Part shown: piece by piece, positions 1 through 12,400 of the stretch
How positions within the stretch are numbered: the first letter of the stretch is position 1
How the letters are laid out: every line of letters begins with the position of its first letter
NCBI GenBank assembly: GCA_011109175.1
Contig: RDEW01000021.1
Span: 259,080-323,079 of the forward strand
Reading direction: 5' to 3'
DNA length: 64,000 nucleotides
Source: Dicyema japonicum
Taxonomy: Eukaryota; Animalia; Dicyemida
Translations under genes and position numbers: made by a program
The notes under the pieces: generated by a model
Seen by the model: only the letters and a program-made list of their open reading frames with translations
Databases searched by the model: none
What the model was told of the DNA's origin: nothing

Positions 1-900
1 TCTTGTGTAATGTAGGGATTTTAATGTTTGCTTAGTTCTGGAAGATTGTGGGGGAAAGCTACAGTTATGGATTCACGGTTAGCATGAAAAACCTGTTTAA
101 AAGGACGTTGTGCTTGGTGTTATTGGATAGGTTGATATATTACACCGAATTTTGGGATGCTCAGTCGTTGTTTATGGTGATGTTAACTCTCGACTACTTT
201 AAGGTGGATTTTTTGTGATTTGTAGAAAAACCCTTCGGATGAGAGAAAAGTGGATTACTTTGAGGTTTTCGTGTTTATACATTTTGTAGAAGAAATTGAG
301 TCTTAGCAATGGGATTATACTTAGTGATTACCGTGATTTGTATGGGGGTTGCTCATTGGATGGAGATTTATCTCATGGATGACTTTTATTGATAAATATT
401 TTTTTTATTCAGTTAGTCCGTTTTTGTGTGAATTCCCAGTTTTGGGGACAATTAATGAGATGATTCTAGAAAGGCAGATATGGATCGGTTAGTCACCCCT
501 ATCGCCTCATTACGGGTGACTCTTTTCCTCTTTAATCTGCATGGATTATATGAGATGCTTTGGAGATATTAGGTAGAGAAGGTGAGTAAACGTCCTGAGA
601 AACTATGTTAGAACGTGGAGGAACTCTTCCAGAGTCTAAGGACGGCCACATGAGGATCCAAAGAGATCAGGTTGCCGACTGGTCCAGGTTGACTTGTAAA
701 AGTCGCTTCCAATTCTGGCAGAATAAGATTCGAATCGGGATACTTCGTCCTTCCAACACTTTCTTCGTTCAAAACTAAGGAATTCCGATGTCTGCCTGCA
801 TATTCATCAGAATAAAAAAGACAAAGGCTTTCATTCACCGAAGGTAAGTAGACATATCGTGTGATAGAGGTGCGTCACACCACAAACTTCCAACCAACTA
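1..900 (-). mobile_element. Degenerate non-LTR retrotransposon remnant, probably 5' region/ORF1
   Basis: Stop-riddled, non-genic sequence of higher GC than its flanks; no diagnostic motif, so the call rests on context. Confidence 0.25.
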
Positions 901-931
901 ACCACGTCCATACAAAAGTTGATTGTTATTA

Positions 932-2482
932 TGTCACATGGGCGCGTAACGCATGGGCAGCCTGTTACATTTTTTCGACCTTGAAAAGGTCTTTTGATTA
1001 TTCGACATTATTATTATTATTACCCCCAGGATCACTGGGTCAAAAAGAAAGAAATAAAAGTTCTCATCTAACTAAGTGATTCCAGACCGACAAAGGTGAG
1101 GATGAGTCCCTCATTGGATTATCCGACATTTAACTTTTTATATCCGATTTATATTGTGATTTAATCCTGTTAAATTAGTTTTTTATTCATAAATATTATG
1201 ATTATAAAGATTTTATTTTTTTATAGCGGTAAACCTAGATTTCTAGCGTGATTTATAGCATGGAAGATTATTTTGTTGCAATGGCTTCTTACAAGAGTTT
1301 TGTGAAAGATTGCGTTGAATATCAAAATTTAAAAGATGCTTTGCATGATAAATTTCCCGAAAATCTTCCGAGGCACCGAAAATATAGGCTTGTAAAGAAG
1401 ATAGAGTATTGTAAATTTGCAATAATTTTCTTAAATCAACTGATTCCAATTAATGGTCATTGATATATATGGTAGGTTGGTTTTTTTTTTATTTAGATTC
1501 GCTTTTGTACGACCACTGTATAATAAGTCTGGTAAAGAAGTATGTGAAAACTTAAGATCTTTGTTCCGCCTGAATGGGCCATGTAAATTTCTTCAGTCGG
1601 ACAATGGTTCTGAATTTAAAAATCAAAAAATAACAAAATTTTGCGAAGATTTTAACATTAAAAAAATTCCACGAGCACAAGGAATTGTCGAAAGATTTAA
1701 TCAGACGATCACGAGGAAGTTGTCAAAAATGCTGGATAACAGTGAAAAAAAGTGGCTTGATAAATTAGAAAGTGCTGTCTACAGTTGTAACATATCGGTC
1801 CATTCATTTTCCAACGAAAGTCCTTTCGAAAGATATCGAGGAATTAAGGGAATAAATTCAATAATTAATGGTTATACTTATATCACATTATGACTTAGAT
1901 AATTTAAGTGATGAGTGTGCAATTCCAGAACAAATTGACGATTTGGTTAATTGTTCGACTCCAGAATCTATTGAAAATTCACGTAGTTGATTTAAAAAAT
2001 TATATCTAGATAATTCCCAGTCAGATAATTTGTGTCCGAATGCGAAGAGATTCAATTTAGAAATTAAATCGATTAAAGAAAATTAGAATTATTACAAAGC
2101 TATGAACAGGAAAATGAATGTTCATAATAGTAAATATACTTTTAACATGGGAGATAAAGTATGAATCAAAAACATTAATAAATAGGTTCGGGCTAAAAAG
2201 GACTTTGGAACAAATCCCTCATTGCGACTGGATAAGTTTGAGTCTCAGCATTATCCAGTTGCAGAAATAATTAATATTTTATCGAATAATCGCGTGGAGG
2301 TAGTTTTAAATAGTTTAATTTGATAGATAAAAAATTCGAAAGGAGAATATCGACTGTATTAATGAGTAGACTAAAAAAAGTTTTTTGTGGTTAATAAATC
2401 ATTTATAAAATTAATTGAAGTTAATCTTGGTTCAAGGTTAATGTAACAGGCTGCCCATAGGTGACGCTTGGCCCATGTGACA
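932..2482 (+). mobile_element. Ginger2/Tdd-like integrase DNA transposon, degenerate
   Basis: ~40-bp imperfect TIRs TGTCACATGGGC...GGGCAGCCTGTTACAT (932-970, 2441-2482) with TGT...ACA termini; 5-bp TSD TATTA (927-931, 2483-2487); retroviral-type integrase core in ORF 1453-1893 (LQSDNGSEF...PRAQGIVERFNQT). Confidence 0.85.
1010..1116 (-). mobile_element. 5'-truncated LINE 3' end inserted inside the Ginger element
   Basis: (TAA)n tail on minus strand; 14-bp TSD GATTAT(T/C)CGACATT at 996-1009 and 1117-1130; 3' end resembles those at 2483-2560, 33390-33465, 54505-54570 and 62640-62685. Confidence 0.75.
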
Positions 2483-3300
2483 TATTATTATAACCCCGGG
2501 AACACAGGAAAGAGGAAAAAAGTTATCGTCTAATTAAGTGATCCCGGTGTCAGTGCGTCCTCCTTTGTTTCGAATTTGTCTGCAATTTTTTATGATCGTC
2601 CAAAAGGGAAAAGGTTTTTTGTCAAATTTGCAAGCATACTTCTGGTAGGCAAGAAACTGTTCTTCAAGAAGGCTACCAGAAGATCGCACCATTTTCAAGA
2701 ATTTTGTCGTTCGTCACCGAGATGTTCCATAACTTTTGAGATCTAATGTGTTCCTCATTTCTGACGTAGGCGTCATTCTGTCACATTTTAGAAGGATCCG
2801 GAAACATTGGTTTTGTATGACCTCTAATGTGTTCTGCGTGGATATTGACAAGGGTGTAATCCACGCCGTACATGCATGTTCCATTGTAGAAAAATACTGT
2901 TTGTATAATAATTTGAGATGAGAAAGTGAAGATATTGGCAATCTAGCAAAGGTCTTGAGGATCCCCATTTTTTTGAACTCTTGAAATTATTGTGTCCACA
3001 TGATGTGTGAAAGTCATCAACGGGTCATATGTAACTCCAAGGATTGATGAGTCTTATTAACTGGGATAAGCTCTCCGTTCCAAGTAAATTTAGGATCGAA
3101 GGATGTATGTTTCCTTTAGGAGGAGATAATCGCAGTGCTCGACTTCCCAGGGGATATTTTTCATGTGGTTTTTGAGGAACCATGTGTTCATAATGTCGAG
3201 GTCTCCTGAACCCTTCGTGCAGCTCTTTATGGTCTTGTTCTTGCTGCGACAATGAGATCGTCGGCATAGGACAGAAGATGGCATTTTGGATGTTTGGATT
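2483..3300 (-). mobile_element. Degenerate I/Jockey-like LINE: RT C-terminal half and 3' end
   Basis: Minus-strand LLSYADDLIVAA (~3250-3280), then LYKQYFSTMEHACTAW...LEVIQNQCFRIL (ORF 2714-2968); ends in (TAA)n tail. Confidence 0.75.
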
Positions 3301-3440
3301 TGGAAGTCTCTTGTAAATAAATTGAACAAGGTTGATTCAAAGTGAAAATGCACATTTAAAAATTTAAAAAATAATAGAACAAAATTTATTAGGAAAATAA
3401 TAATATTCATGGAATAAGGATGTTTAAAAATTCATCCAAA

Positions 3441-6400
3441 TTAAGAGGCTCCATTAGAATTCTCAAAATTGTCAAAATATTTATTTCTTACGTAGTGTAT
3501 TACCGCCTTAGATAATTTGACCGCTTCCTGCGCGCACAAACACGTCGCCATGCTGTGTGGGATGTGATCTTCTCTGGATACAACCCACGTGGATTCTTGA
3601 AACTTATTTGATCCAGTGATTTTGAATATTCGTTGAGCTTTTCGTCCCTAATCTCATACAATACGACTAATAAGTTCGTCATGTGGTCGACCTGCCTTGT
3701 GTTGAACATTTTGATGTATACAGCCTTGATCGCCTTTTCAGCGGCCTAAGATTATCAACTTGAGGGACCTGGCAGGCTATAAAGGTCATCCATTCGTATG
3801 AACCAGTAACTGAAAAGTTAAGGGTGGAGGCTGTTTCCAAATCTGAGACAGCTTGAGAAAACCAAGTCCTCGATTTGATCACGGAAATGTCGAAGCACTC
3901 TGAAAAACTCTGCTTGGGTTTAAATTCCTAAAAATTACTATAAAAATACCTGAAATGTGGGACTTTCCGGAGAACCGTGGGAGTTATCATTTTCCTTACT
4001 TTTTGCCTTTTTCTTTACAAATTCGTAAAATTTATCCCATCCGGAAAACCCCATGTATTCCCAAGGATTCCTTTTGAGTCGTCAAGAGACTCGTTGCCTC
4101 AATTTCCGCTTTTATGAGTTGAAATATCGTGTTGAGAATTCAGGATCGTTGGGGTTCTTGTCGGGGCCATTTCAGCAGTAGCTTCTTTATTAGCTTCTTT
4201 CGTTCGCTGATGGAAAACCTCTTAGCTTCACTAATCTTCGTCGAATTTCTTCTTTGATTTCCCACGAGTTTTTTCTATTTTCGGCTGTTGTAGTAACTTC
4301 CTCGAGGTTCTCCATAAACCCGTTCTTTTTGGTGGAAAAATTATCGTTTCCCCCCTCCGTGAATGTATAACTTGTTTGTTTGAAAAAAGGTCGGGGATTT
4401 TCGTCAAAAGTAAAACCTTTTTTCTCTGTTGATTTAGTGAACTTTGGGTTTTCGTCACTTCTTGGTTTAAACGAGGACTGAGGAAACTGATATCGGCCGT
4501 TCTCAGGCGGATCTTCGGGTTTTTCTTTGGTTTCCGTGAAATGGTTCCTTGATGGTTGTTTTACCGGATATTTGTCTCCGTCGAATGAACTTGCCGTTAT
4601 TTTAATCAATTCCTTTGCCGATAACTTAATCACATCATCAGAGAAGGATCCAATCTTCACTGACCACAACTCTTTATCAGAAGCATCCGAGCTCAGTAAA
4701 ACTCCGTAAATTGGGAGAACGTCTGATTTTCCATTGAAACGGTGTTTTGGGGGTAAAACAATCCCGACATATTCATCCACATTAAAGTTAAGGCATTTAT
4801 TGTACAAATAGCCGTATTGAGTGCTGGGAACCAACGACCCAGCCAAGGGAAGAGTGGATAGACGCGACAAAATCTCCTCATCCATTGGGAGAGACAGATA
4901 ATTCAGTTCCCTCTCAATGTCATAGATTGGACATGTTAAAATGTGGACTAGGAGATCCTTCCTTGTTTCCAACAGGTTGTCGCAAATTCTGTTGATTATC
5001 CCCGCCAGATTCACAATCAAACGTGTCTCCGAGAGAATGTGCTGTCTAAGATATATAAAACTCTCCGAATAATCATGATTTGAGTGAAAAAAACAATCAC
5101 TGCTGGACTCACTTTCAACAATGATCTTGTCTTGGTGGAAGAGATAAGTCGTTATTCGAAGCAAAGGAATGACCTCCACGGCTTGAATTCTGCTTTTGTA
5201 TTTCTTGATATCCCATTTATTCAGGGTACATTCTCTGTCCATGGCCGATGAAACTAAGATTCGTTCAACTCCGGAGAGGAATCGCTCCCCCGCAAGGCGA
5301 ATCTTAAATTGCGTGGAAAATCCGTCATCTGACATGTTCCGCTTCAAATTTAGCGAGTTCAAGTCTATTTTTTCTATCACGACGTTTGAAAGTCGTTTAG
5401 GTCGCCATTTGGTGGGGATTAGCTGAATAGCCTTGACATACATCTCCCAAGTCAAGTCGCATTCTTTATGGTTCACAAAATATTTGCAGTCTAACAAAGT
5501 CGATGCTACTCTATAGAACAGGTTCATGTTATCCACATAAATTAGACCACGTGACTCTTGAAGAGTTCCATTTCTGCAAAGAAAATATAATTCAGCGGAG
5601 GAATCCGAAAAACCGTTAATTTCACTCTGAGAGGTTTCAATCAATTGAATAAAAAATCCCTTAGTCGCCTGAAGAGTGAATTTGATCTCGTTTGCTGTGA
5701 GTATTCGGTCAATGTTTTTGAATTCTTCAAGAATCCTGGCGTAGAAGCTGAGGTCGGGCCAATATAAAACACCAATTTTGTTAAAAAACGGCATAAACCC
5801 GTAAAAACGGGAATTAACCGTTTCCATGTAATTTGGAATCGCTAAGGATCCCTTCAGAGAAAAGATGGCGTATTTTGGTTTGACAAATCGTTTAGAATTT
5901 GTGGGGACAATCGGCAAATTCCTTAACCTCTGGATTGAATCATTATTCAGGGGACATTTGGAAAGAAATTCAAAATTCTCAAGCAAAATTCCGCACATTG
6001 TCTCAAATGGGACCGCAAAGTCAAACAACTCCAATCTTGCCGCCAAATGAGCCACGTTATCGACAACAGTAGTTGGAGACAGAACGAGGATGACTCCCGT
6101 CATTTCCAAAAATCCACGTGTTTCGTCAGTCTCGATTATCCATTCCGGTAGGATGTCAAATATGGTTGAGACAAGATTTCGATGCTTCCAGAGAGCACTC
6201 CCCCGCAAAGACAGTGAGGTTCCTTTTGTGGCATTTTCGGAGAATAATGACAGGAAGTCGTTAGTTGTATGATAGCTTTTGAAAAATTGCAGTTTTTCAA
6301 CAATTTTCAGTTCGTCCTCTGTCTTTATCGACTGTAGACAGGAGTAGTATATATTTTTTGAAAACTCGGAGATCTTCTCAGGACTCTGGTCCGAATTTGA

Positions 6401-9400
6401 TAAAATGTCTCCAAGATTTACCAACTCCTTTGGATTGAGTTTGTTTTTGATCCCTAATTGTCTAAAAAATGATAGCCATTTTCTCGTAGAATAGTCGGAA
6501 TGCGGAAACTCAATGATGTCTGATAATTCCGACAGAATAATCAGGTTTGTAAGGTTCATAATAAGATCTCCGATTGGCCTCAAATTCCCTGCCCACATCA
6601 TAGATTAATGGAGTTTTTATCACTGAATCGAAAAATAATGCCCGTTCACCATGGTTTTCGTGGTTACTTTCTAGCAACTCTTTTATGGAGTGCAAGTGAT
6701 CGAAGTGAGAAGTCCCTTGTAAAATGTCCCAACAAGGAAGAATCATTTCAATATACACGGAAATAGCTGAAATGACTTTGCAGTTCACTAATTGTAGAAT
6801 TTGGTCGAATTCTTTCATTTTGCTACATAGAAGAGCAGAATTGTTGTGTAAACACCATTTTCTGGCTTCTTTGACTGAAAAATGTGTTTCTGTGCAAATA
6901 CAAGGCTGAATATTTGGTAGGGAAATTATTCTGCCGTCTAAAGTGCGAAAGATTTTGAGCTGACGGAGGAGGTTTACTGTTGAGTCGTCCTTGTTGGTCT
7001 CCATGAGCTGAGTGATAAACCGTAAAACTTCAAAGTACTCTTGTTCAGTGGGGACAACGTCATTTCGAATAAACACTTTGAATAACTGTTCAACACACCG
7101 AGGATCCCCAACATCGGATATAATTTGGTTGTAGAACCAGCAATTTATCAAGGACTCGTCCGGCTGGGGCAAACCAGACCGAATTAGGAAGTCCACTAAG
7201 GTTGAGTTAGTCGAGGATATTTTAATGATTTTCCCATATCCGGTGAGACTGGAGTTGTTTACGCATATTTTGGGAATTTAAATCCCACGTGACTGCTGGG
7301 AGAATACACCAATGGCCGATCTCTGCGAACTTGGTCAAAAACTCTCTGCGTATATCATCAGGGGAGACGACGTTATGTTCACGGCAAAAACTTTGGAAGA
7401 CAGAGTCCATCGTGTTCCAGAGTACTTGCAATTCCCTGGAACAGATCCTCGCTTGAAAGACGATAAATGAATTTTGGGAGTCCAAAGTTAATTGGTTTTT
7501 CAGTTTTTCGTTTTTCATTACAAGGGGGATGAAACTCTCGATGTCAAACTGCAGAAATTCCCCCGAGTTTTCAAATTTACAGTTTTGGTAGACCTCAATA
7601 GTTTCTTGTGCACGAATAAATCTTTAGAGTCTCCGAATATTTTGTTGTATTCAAACAAGAACTTTGGCTCATCAGATGAAGCAACGTGGATTTGGGAGTC
7701 GGCTGTCAAAATTAAGGGGGTTCCGGCCAAGTTTATATCACGTGGTCCGGTCTCGATCAGAAATTTAAGAATTATTGTTAAATTTGAGACTACAGAAAGT
7801 CCCTCACTTGACTGTATGCAGTTTTTCTTGTTTCTGAAAAACGAAAGTATCCCCCCGTAGGTTAGGTGGTAGTTTGGTGGAATATATTTCCTCAAAATCT
7901 CGTAATTTTCAGGGGAACGTCAACAAATTTTATTTTGTTCTTTAGAACACTTCGTAACTCATCTTGCTTTGCGTCTTCGCCATACAAAATGACATCTTCC
8001 ACGTTCTCCCAGACAACAAAGTTCGTATCGTCCACATAAGGGAAGAGTTCATAAGAATTTTGGCGTAAAAGACCGTAAAAAAGTGAAAGGTACTGCTGAG
8101 ACAATTCGGGGGATAACAATTCCAATGAGAGTGGTGGAAAGTATCGAAAAATACTTTGGGGGTTCATCGCTAACGACATTTTAAAATGACTCAGTATCAG
8201 AAGATGGGCCTCCACGCACAAATTTAGTATCAAATTTGAATTCCAGTCATCTCTATAGGAGACCGTGCGGTCCAATCGGGGGTAAAACAGATCCAACATG
8301 AAGTTCCCGCAGATTAGTAACCCTTCCAACTTAGACTGGGCAAGAATTAGCGTTCCAGAACAAAAAATGGGGTCAAATTCGGGATCGATGCAGAACTCAT
8401 TTGTGGACAGAGCCACGACTGCTCTTGGGAATGGAAAGAATGAGTCTTGGATCTTTATTGGGGTCACTGGGATATTATTTACGGAGTTGAATCCAAAGAC
8501 GTCACAACAAAACCACGTGAAAAGATTCGTTTGATTGACGGTTACGGAAACTTGGTAGAGGCAAAACGACCTCTTTATTGAGGACAGGCTTGAATTCAGT
8601 GAAAAATAGCTTTCACGTGCCTTTGAGAGTTTCTGGTAATAATCTCTTACGGAAATGTCCCCCATTCCTTTAAAGGCTGAGGATACGCAAGAATTGGTTA
8701 ACTTTGTGGAGTTTTCGGAAATCGTATGGGAAGAAACTGATCTCACATTTTCGAGGAAAATAAGTTGGTAGGGGACAAGGTCGAAAAATCGGGTCAAAAT
8801 CGCGGAAATATTCAATTCATCTCCAACTTTTCCATTTCTGGGGTTTTTCAATCGAAAATTTAAGATATTCTCCGCATTGAGGGGGAATCTGAAGACGGTC
8901 GTATTTTTGGCTGAAATCTGGTTTGCCGAGAACAGGAGATATGTATCGGAAAATAAATTTTTTAAAACATCCATATTTTTGTATTTTTTCGTGGTTTTTT
9001 GAATAATTTTGTTTGATTTGGTCAAAAATTCGAGTATTTCGAGACTTTCAGTGTCTTCAAATTTCGAATATACACTAAGGAAACGTGAAATCAATGTCCC
9101 AGCCGCAAATCCCAAGACTCCTTGGTCCCTCAGTGGACACTCGTAGTAATAGTATTTTTCAATCAAAGAATTGAGGTGAACATCAGTGATGGCCATGTCA
9201 ATCTCGAAGCATAAACAAGATCTACAGAATATGCTCACTTTTTCATGGAAAACATCTTCTTCAGCATCTTCTCTTAAATCGAGCGTGACTTTAACCCGAC
9301 TGCATCCAATCTGATCGAAGAATTTAAGCAGTTCTGAGCAGATCAGGACCAGGAGATTCTCATTTGAGGGGAGAATTCTGTCAATCAGCAGTGCAGGGAG

Positions 9401-12400
9401 GTTTATGGTGCTGATGTCATATTTAATGACCTCGTCTCCTAAATTTTTGATTCCCAATGAAGCGGCAATGTTGTGGGGGATCGTCTGATGAAGCAAAAAA
9501 AAGCTTCCCAAAATTTTGACAATCGAAGGGTCAGCAGAATTTTTCAAGCCACAGTCATCATAGACGAGACGAGAACTCAGGATTAGGTCCCCATTTATGT
9601 CAGGCAAAAAGATCTGTCCGTGGATCAGTTGGTACTCCTTTGGGTCCTTCCCAGAACTGTGTAATGCTTCCAAAAAGGCCACGAGGATAGTTTTATACTT
9701 TTCGATGAGTTTTGAGTCGAGTCTTCTGTTATCGATTTCGATCCGCCGGAGAACTTGTATGAAGTCTTGTTCCATGAACTCTTCCTTTGAGCCGAGTTTC
9801 TGAAGGAGGGACTTGTGTCGTATCAAATAGCCTGAAGACACCTTGTAAATATAGGGAGGACAGTCCAAGTTTGAGAAACAAAGCTTATGTGCCGCCAGGA
9901 AGTTTCCCTCAAAGTAGACCCACTCCTTATTTTCGAGTTTCTCCAAAATCAAATCAACGTTATTCTGTTCATTTACAGAGTCATTGAGGAAATCATAAAT
10001 ATCATTGGCGTACATTTCAACTTCAGCGTCTTGTGACGAATTCATTAGATATGGGAGAGCTAGGAGATTGTCGATTACAGCACCGACGGTGGGCTTTCGA
10101 GAAGTTAAACCAAAAAAAGTTAAGATTTCAGGTTTATCCACCACGGAAATAGCTTCAAGGTCCACGATGGAATACAAGATTGAGACGCAGGATTCAAATC
10201 CCGGTAAATAAATATCGGTAGAAGCAGCAAAGTCTGGTTTTACGACACCACTGGTATGTTTGACCGGGAAAATGGGAGATGATGTTAAGACATTCTTTAT
10301 TTTGGGGGACAAGGGACATCTCTGATGAGGTTTTTGTGAATAAATTTGAATAAAACTTGAATTCTTGGCATTTTCATGTGTTTATTGTCCTTTGATAGGA
10401 TAAACTCTAATCTTTCGATAATTTGAGTCCATGACAAGAACTCAGAGGTCATTCCCAGTTTTCGGAGACTTTCAATAACCGCTTGATCTTCCGCATATAC
10501 TTTGATTGGGAATATCCCTTCTTTGACGTCTTCAAAGAGCAATATAAAGTCATCCACCGGTTCGACCAAATTCTGGGGACATTTGAATTCCCTCCCCCAC
10601 AATTAACCGGAATACAAGGAATTTGAGTTAGTCTGCTTCCGACAGTCTCGAATAGAGTGGTCAGAGCATAAATGACCAGTTTGTCTCGTCTTCCTTCGTC
10701 AATATCTTTCAATATTCGAAAAATAAAGGCATATGATGCTTCCAAGTCGAACATGCAATGAACCTCCATCTTCTCTGGGAGAAATTGTTTAATATAAGAA
10801 ATCAGACTTTGTGGAATATTTTTTAGAATACTAAAACCACGTGTCTTCTCATAAATGTGGATTATATCTTCTACAAGGGGACATTCATATACAGATTGGT
10901 CAAAAATCGCAATTTTACTGGTTGTCCCGTTATTTATGGACGGAAAATAAATATTTTTGGAACGATGTGAAAATATTTGGCGATAAATTGAATATACAGT
11001 CGGGAGGTATTCCTTTGAGACATTGAAGGGCCAGAATGAATACAGATCCCCAATCGAATCCAACTTGTTCGGGGATTTGCAGAGGAATTCGAGAAGGATA
11101 AGGTATCCATCCGTGACATAAGCTTGGAGTATATCCTCATGTTGTCTCGTAAAAATATGTTTCAGCAATAGGACCCCCTTTTTGTCTTTTTGCCCGGTCA
11201 AAGCGATGTGGAAGCATGTGGGAAGTCCACTTTCCTCCATTTTTAGAGGGGAAAATGTAGAATTTCCGAATTCCAGGGTCCTTTTGCTTGAAATCGTATA
11301 TGGAACTGCTATATAGCTCACAGCCAATGCTGATCTCGAGTACAAGTCGACCAACTGAATCGTGGTTAAAAGAGCCCAGTCGCAAAAGTCAACATTCTCA
11401 CATTCAATGAATTTTTGGCCAATTTCAGTGACCGACCCTTTGAAATTGTAGGCACAGCTTGTGAAAATGAGTATTTTCTCTTTGGGGATCACCGAGGTCG
11501 GATATAAAGAGATCAACTCGGCAAGTTTAGCTGAGTTAAATTTCACAATTTCATCTTTGATGGACAAATCCTCGGAGACAATCCTCTTTGTCGGTTTCTG
11601 AAGCATTTCGGTGTAATATTTGTTCAAATTAAACAACAAACAGCAATTTTCAATTTTCCTACCCTCGTGTTTGTAAATTGACGTCCGAGAAATTCCTTCC
11701 AAATAAAGCATCAATTTCAGAGATTGGTCGATTATGTCCTTGAAAAACCGTTTCACAAAATGTCCCGGGACTGTTTTGGAATTGCGAGGGTCTGAGAAGC
11801 GGCATTCACTCAGAGGACACCGAATAAGTGTTCCGGAATAAAACTTTCTCGGGGATATGCGACATCCAAAAAGTCCGTCAAAATTAGATAGTATCTCACT
11901 GTGCTCCAAAGTCATCTTCGGACAATTGGAAATGTTTATTCTGAACGGGGGATCTTCAGAGTTGAAGTCATACTCCACAAACAGGTTAAGACTCAGGATA
12001 CAAATGTTCTCCGAGATTATTCCAAAAAAATTTAGAAGCTGAATATTTCGCGGTTCAAAAAATGATGATGGAAGTGAAGAATTGAAGTAAATCCACAGAG
12101 AACTCGACTTTGGGTGCAAACTTCCTGTTTTCTTCCCACCAGTGACCAGCTGGCGGTCGTCGTACATGAATTTAATCTCCGAAGATCCAATTGACTCCCC
12201 AAAACGGAAGACTTCCTTGACTAGTAAGGTGCGATCACCAAGGTGATTATTTTGCTCTTCCTTGCAACCAGTTTTAGCTTGTATCAGTTCGTCGTACCAC
12301 GTGGGAATTCCTAAGATTTCGGCCACTTTGGGGGAGAATTGATGATGTAAAATGTTGTACTTCTTAAATACCCCCGTAGTTTTGCTTAAAATCAAATTTT

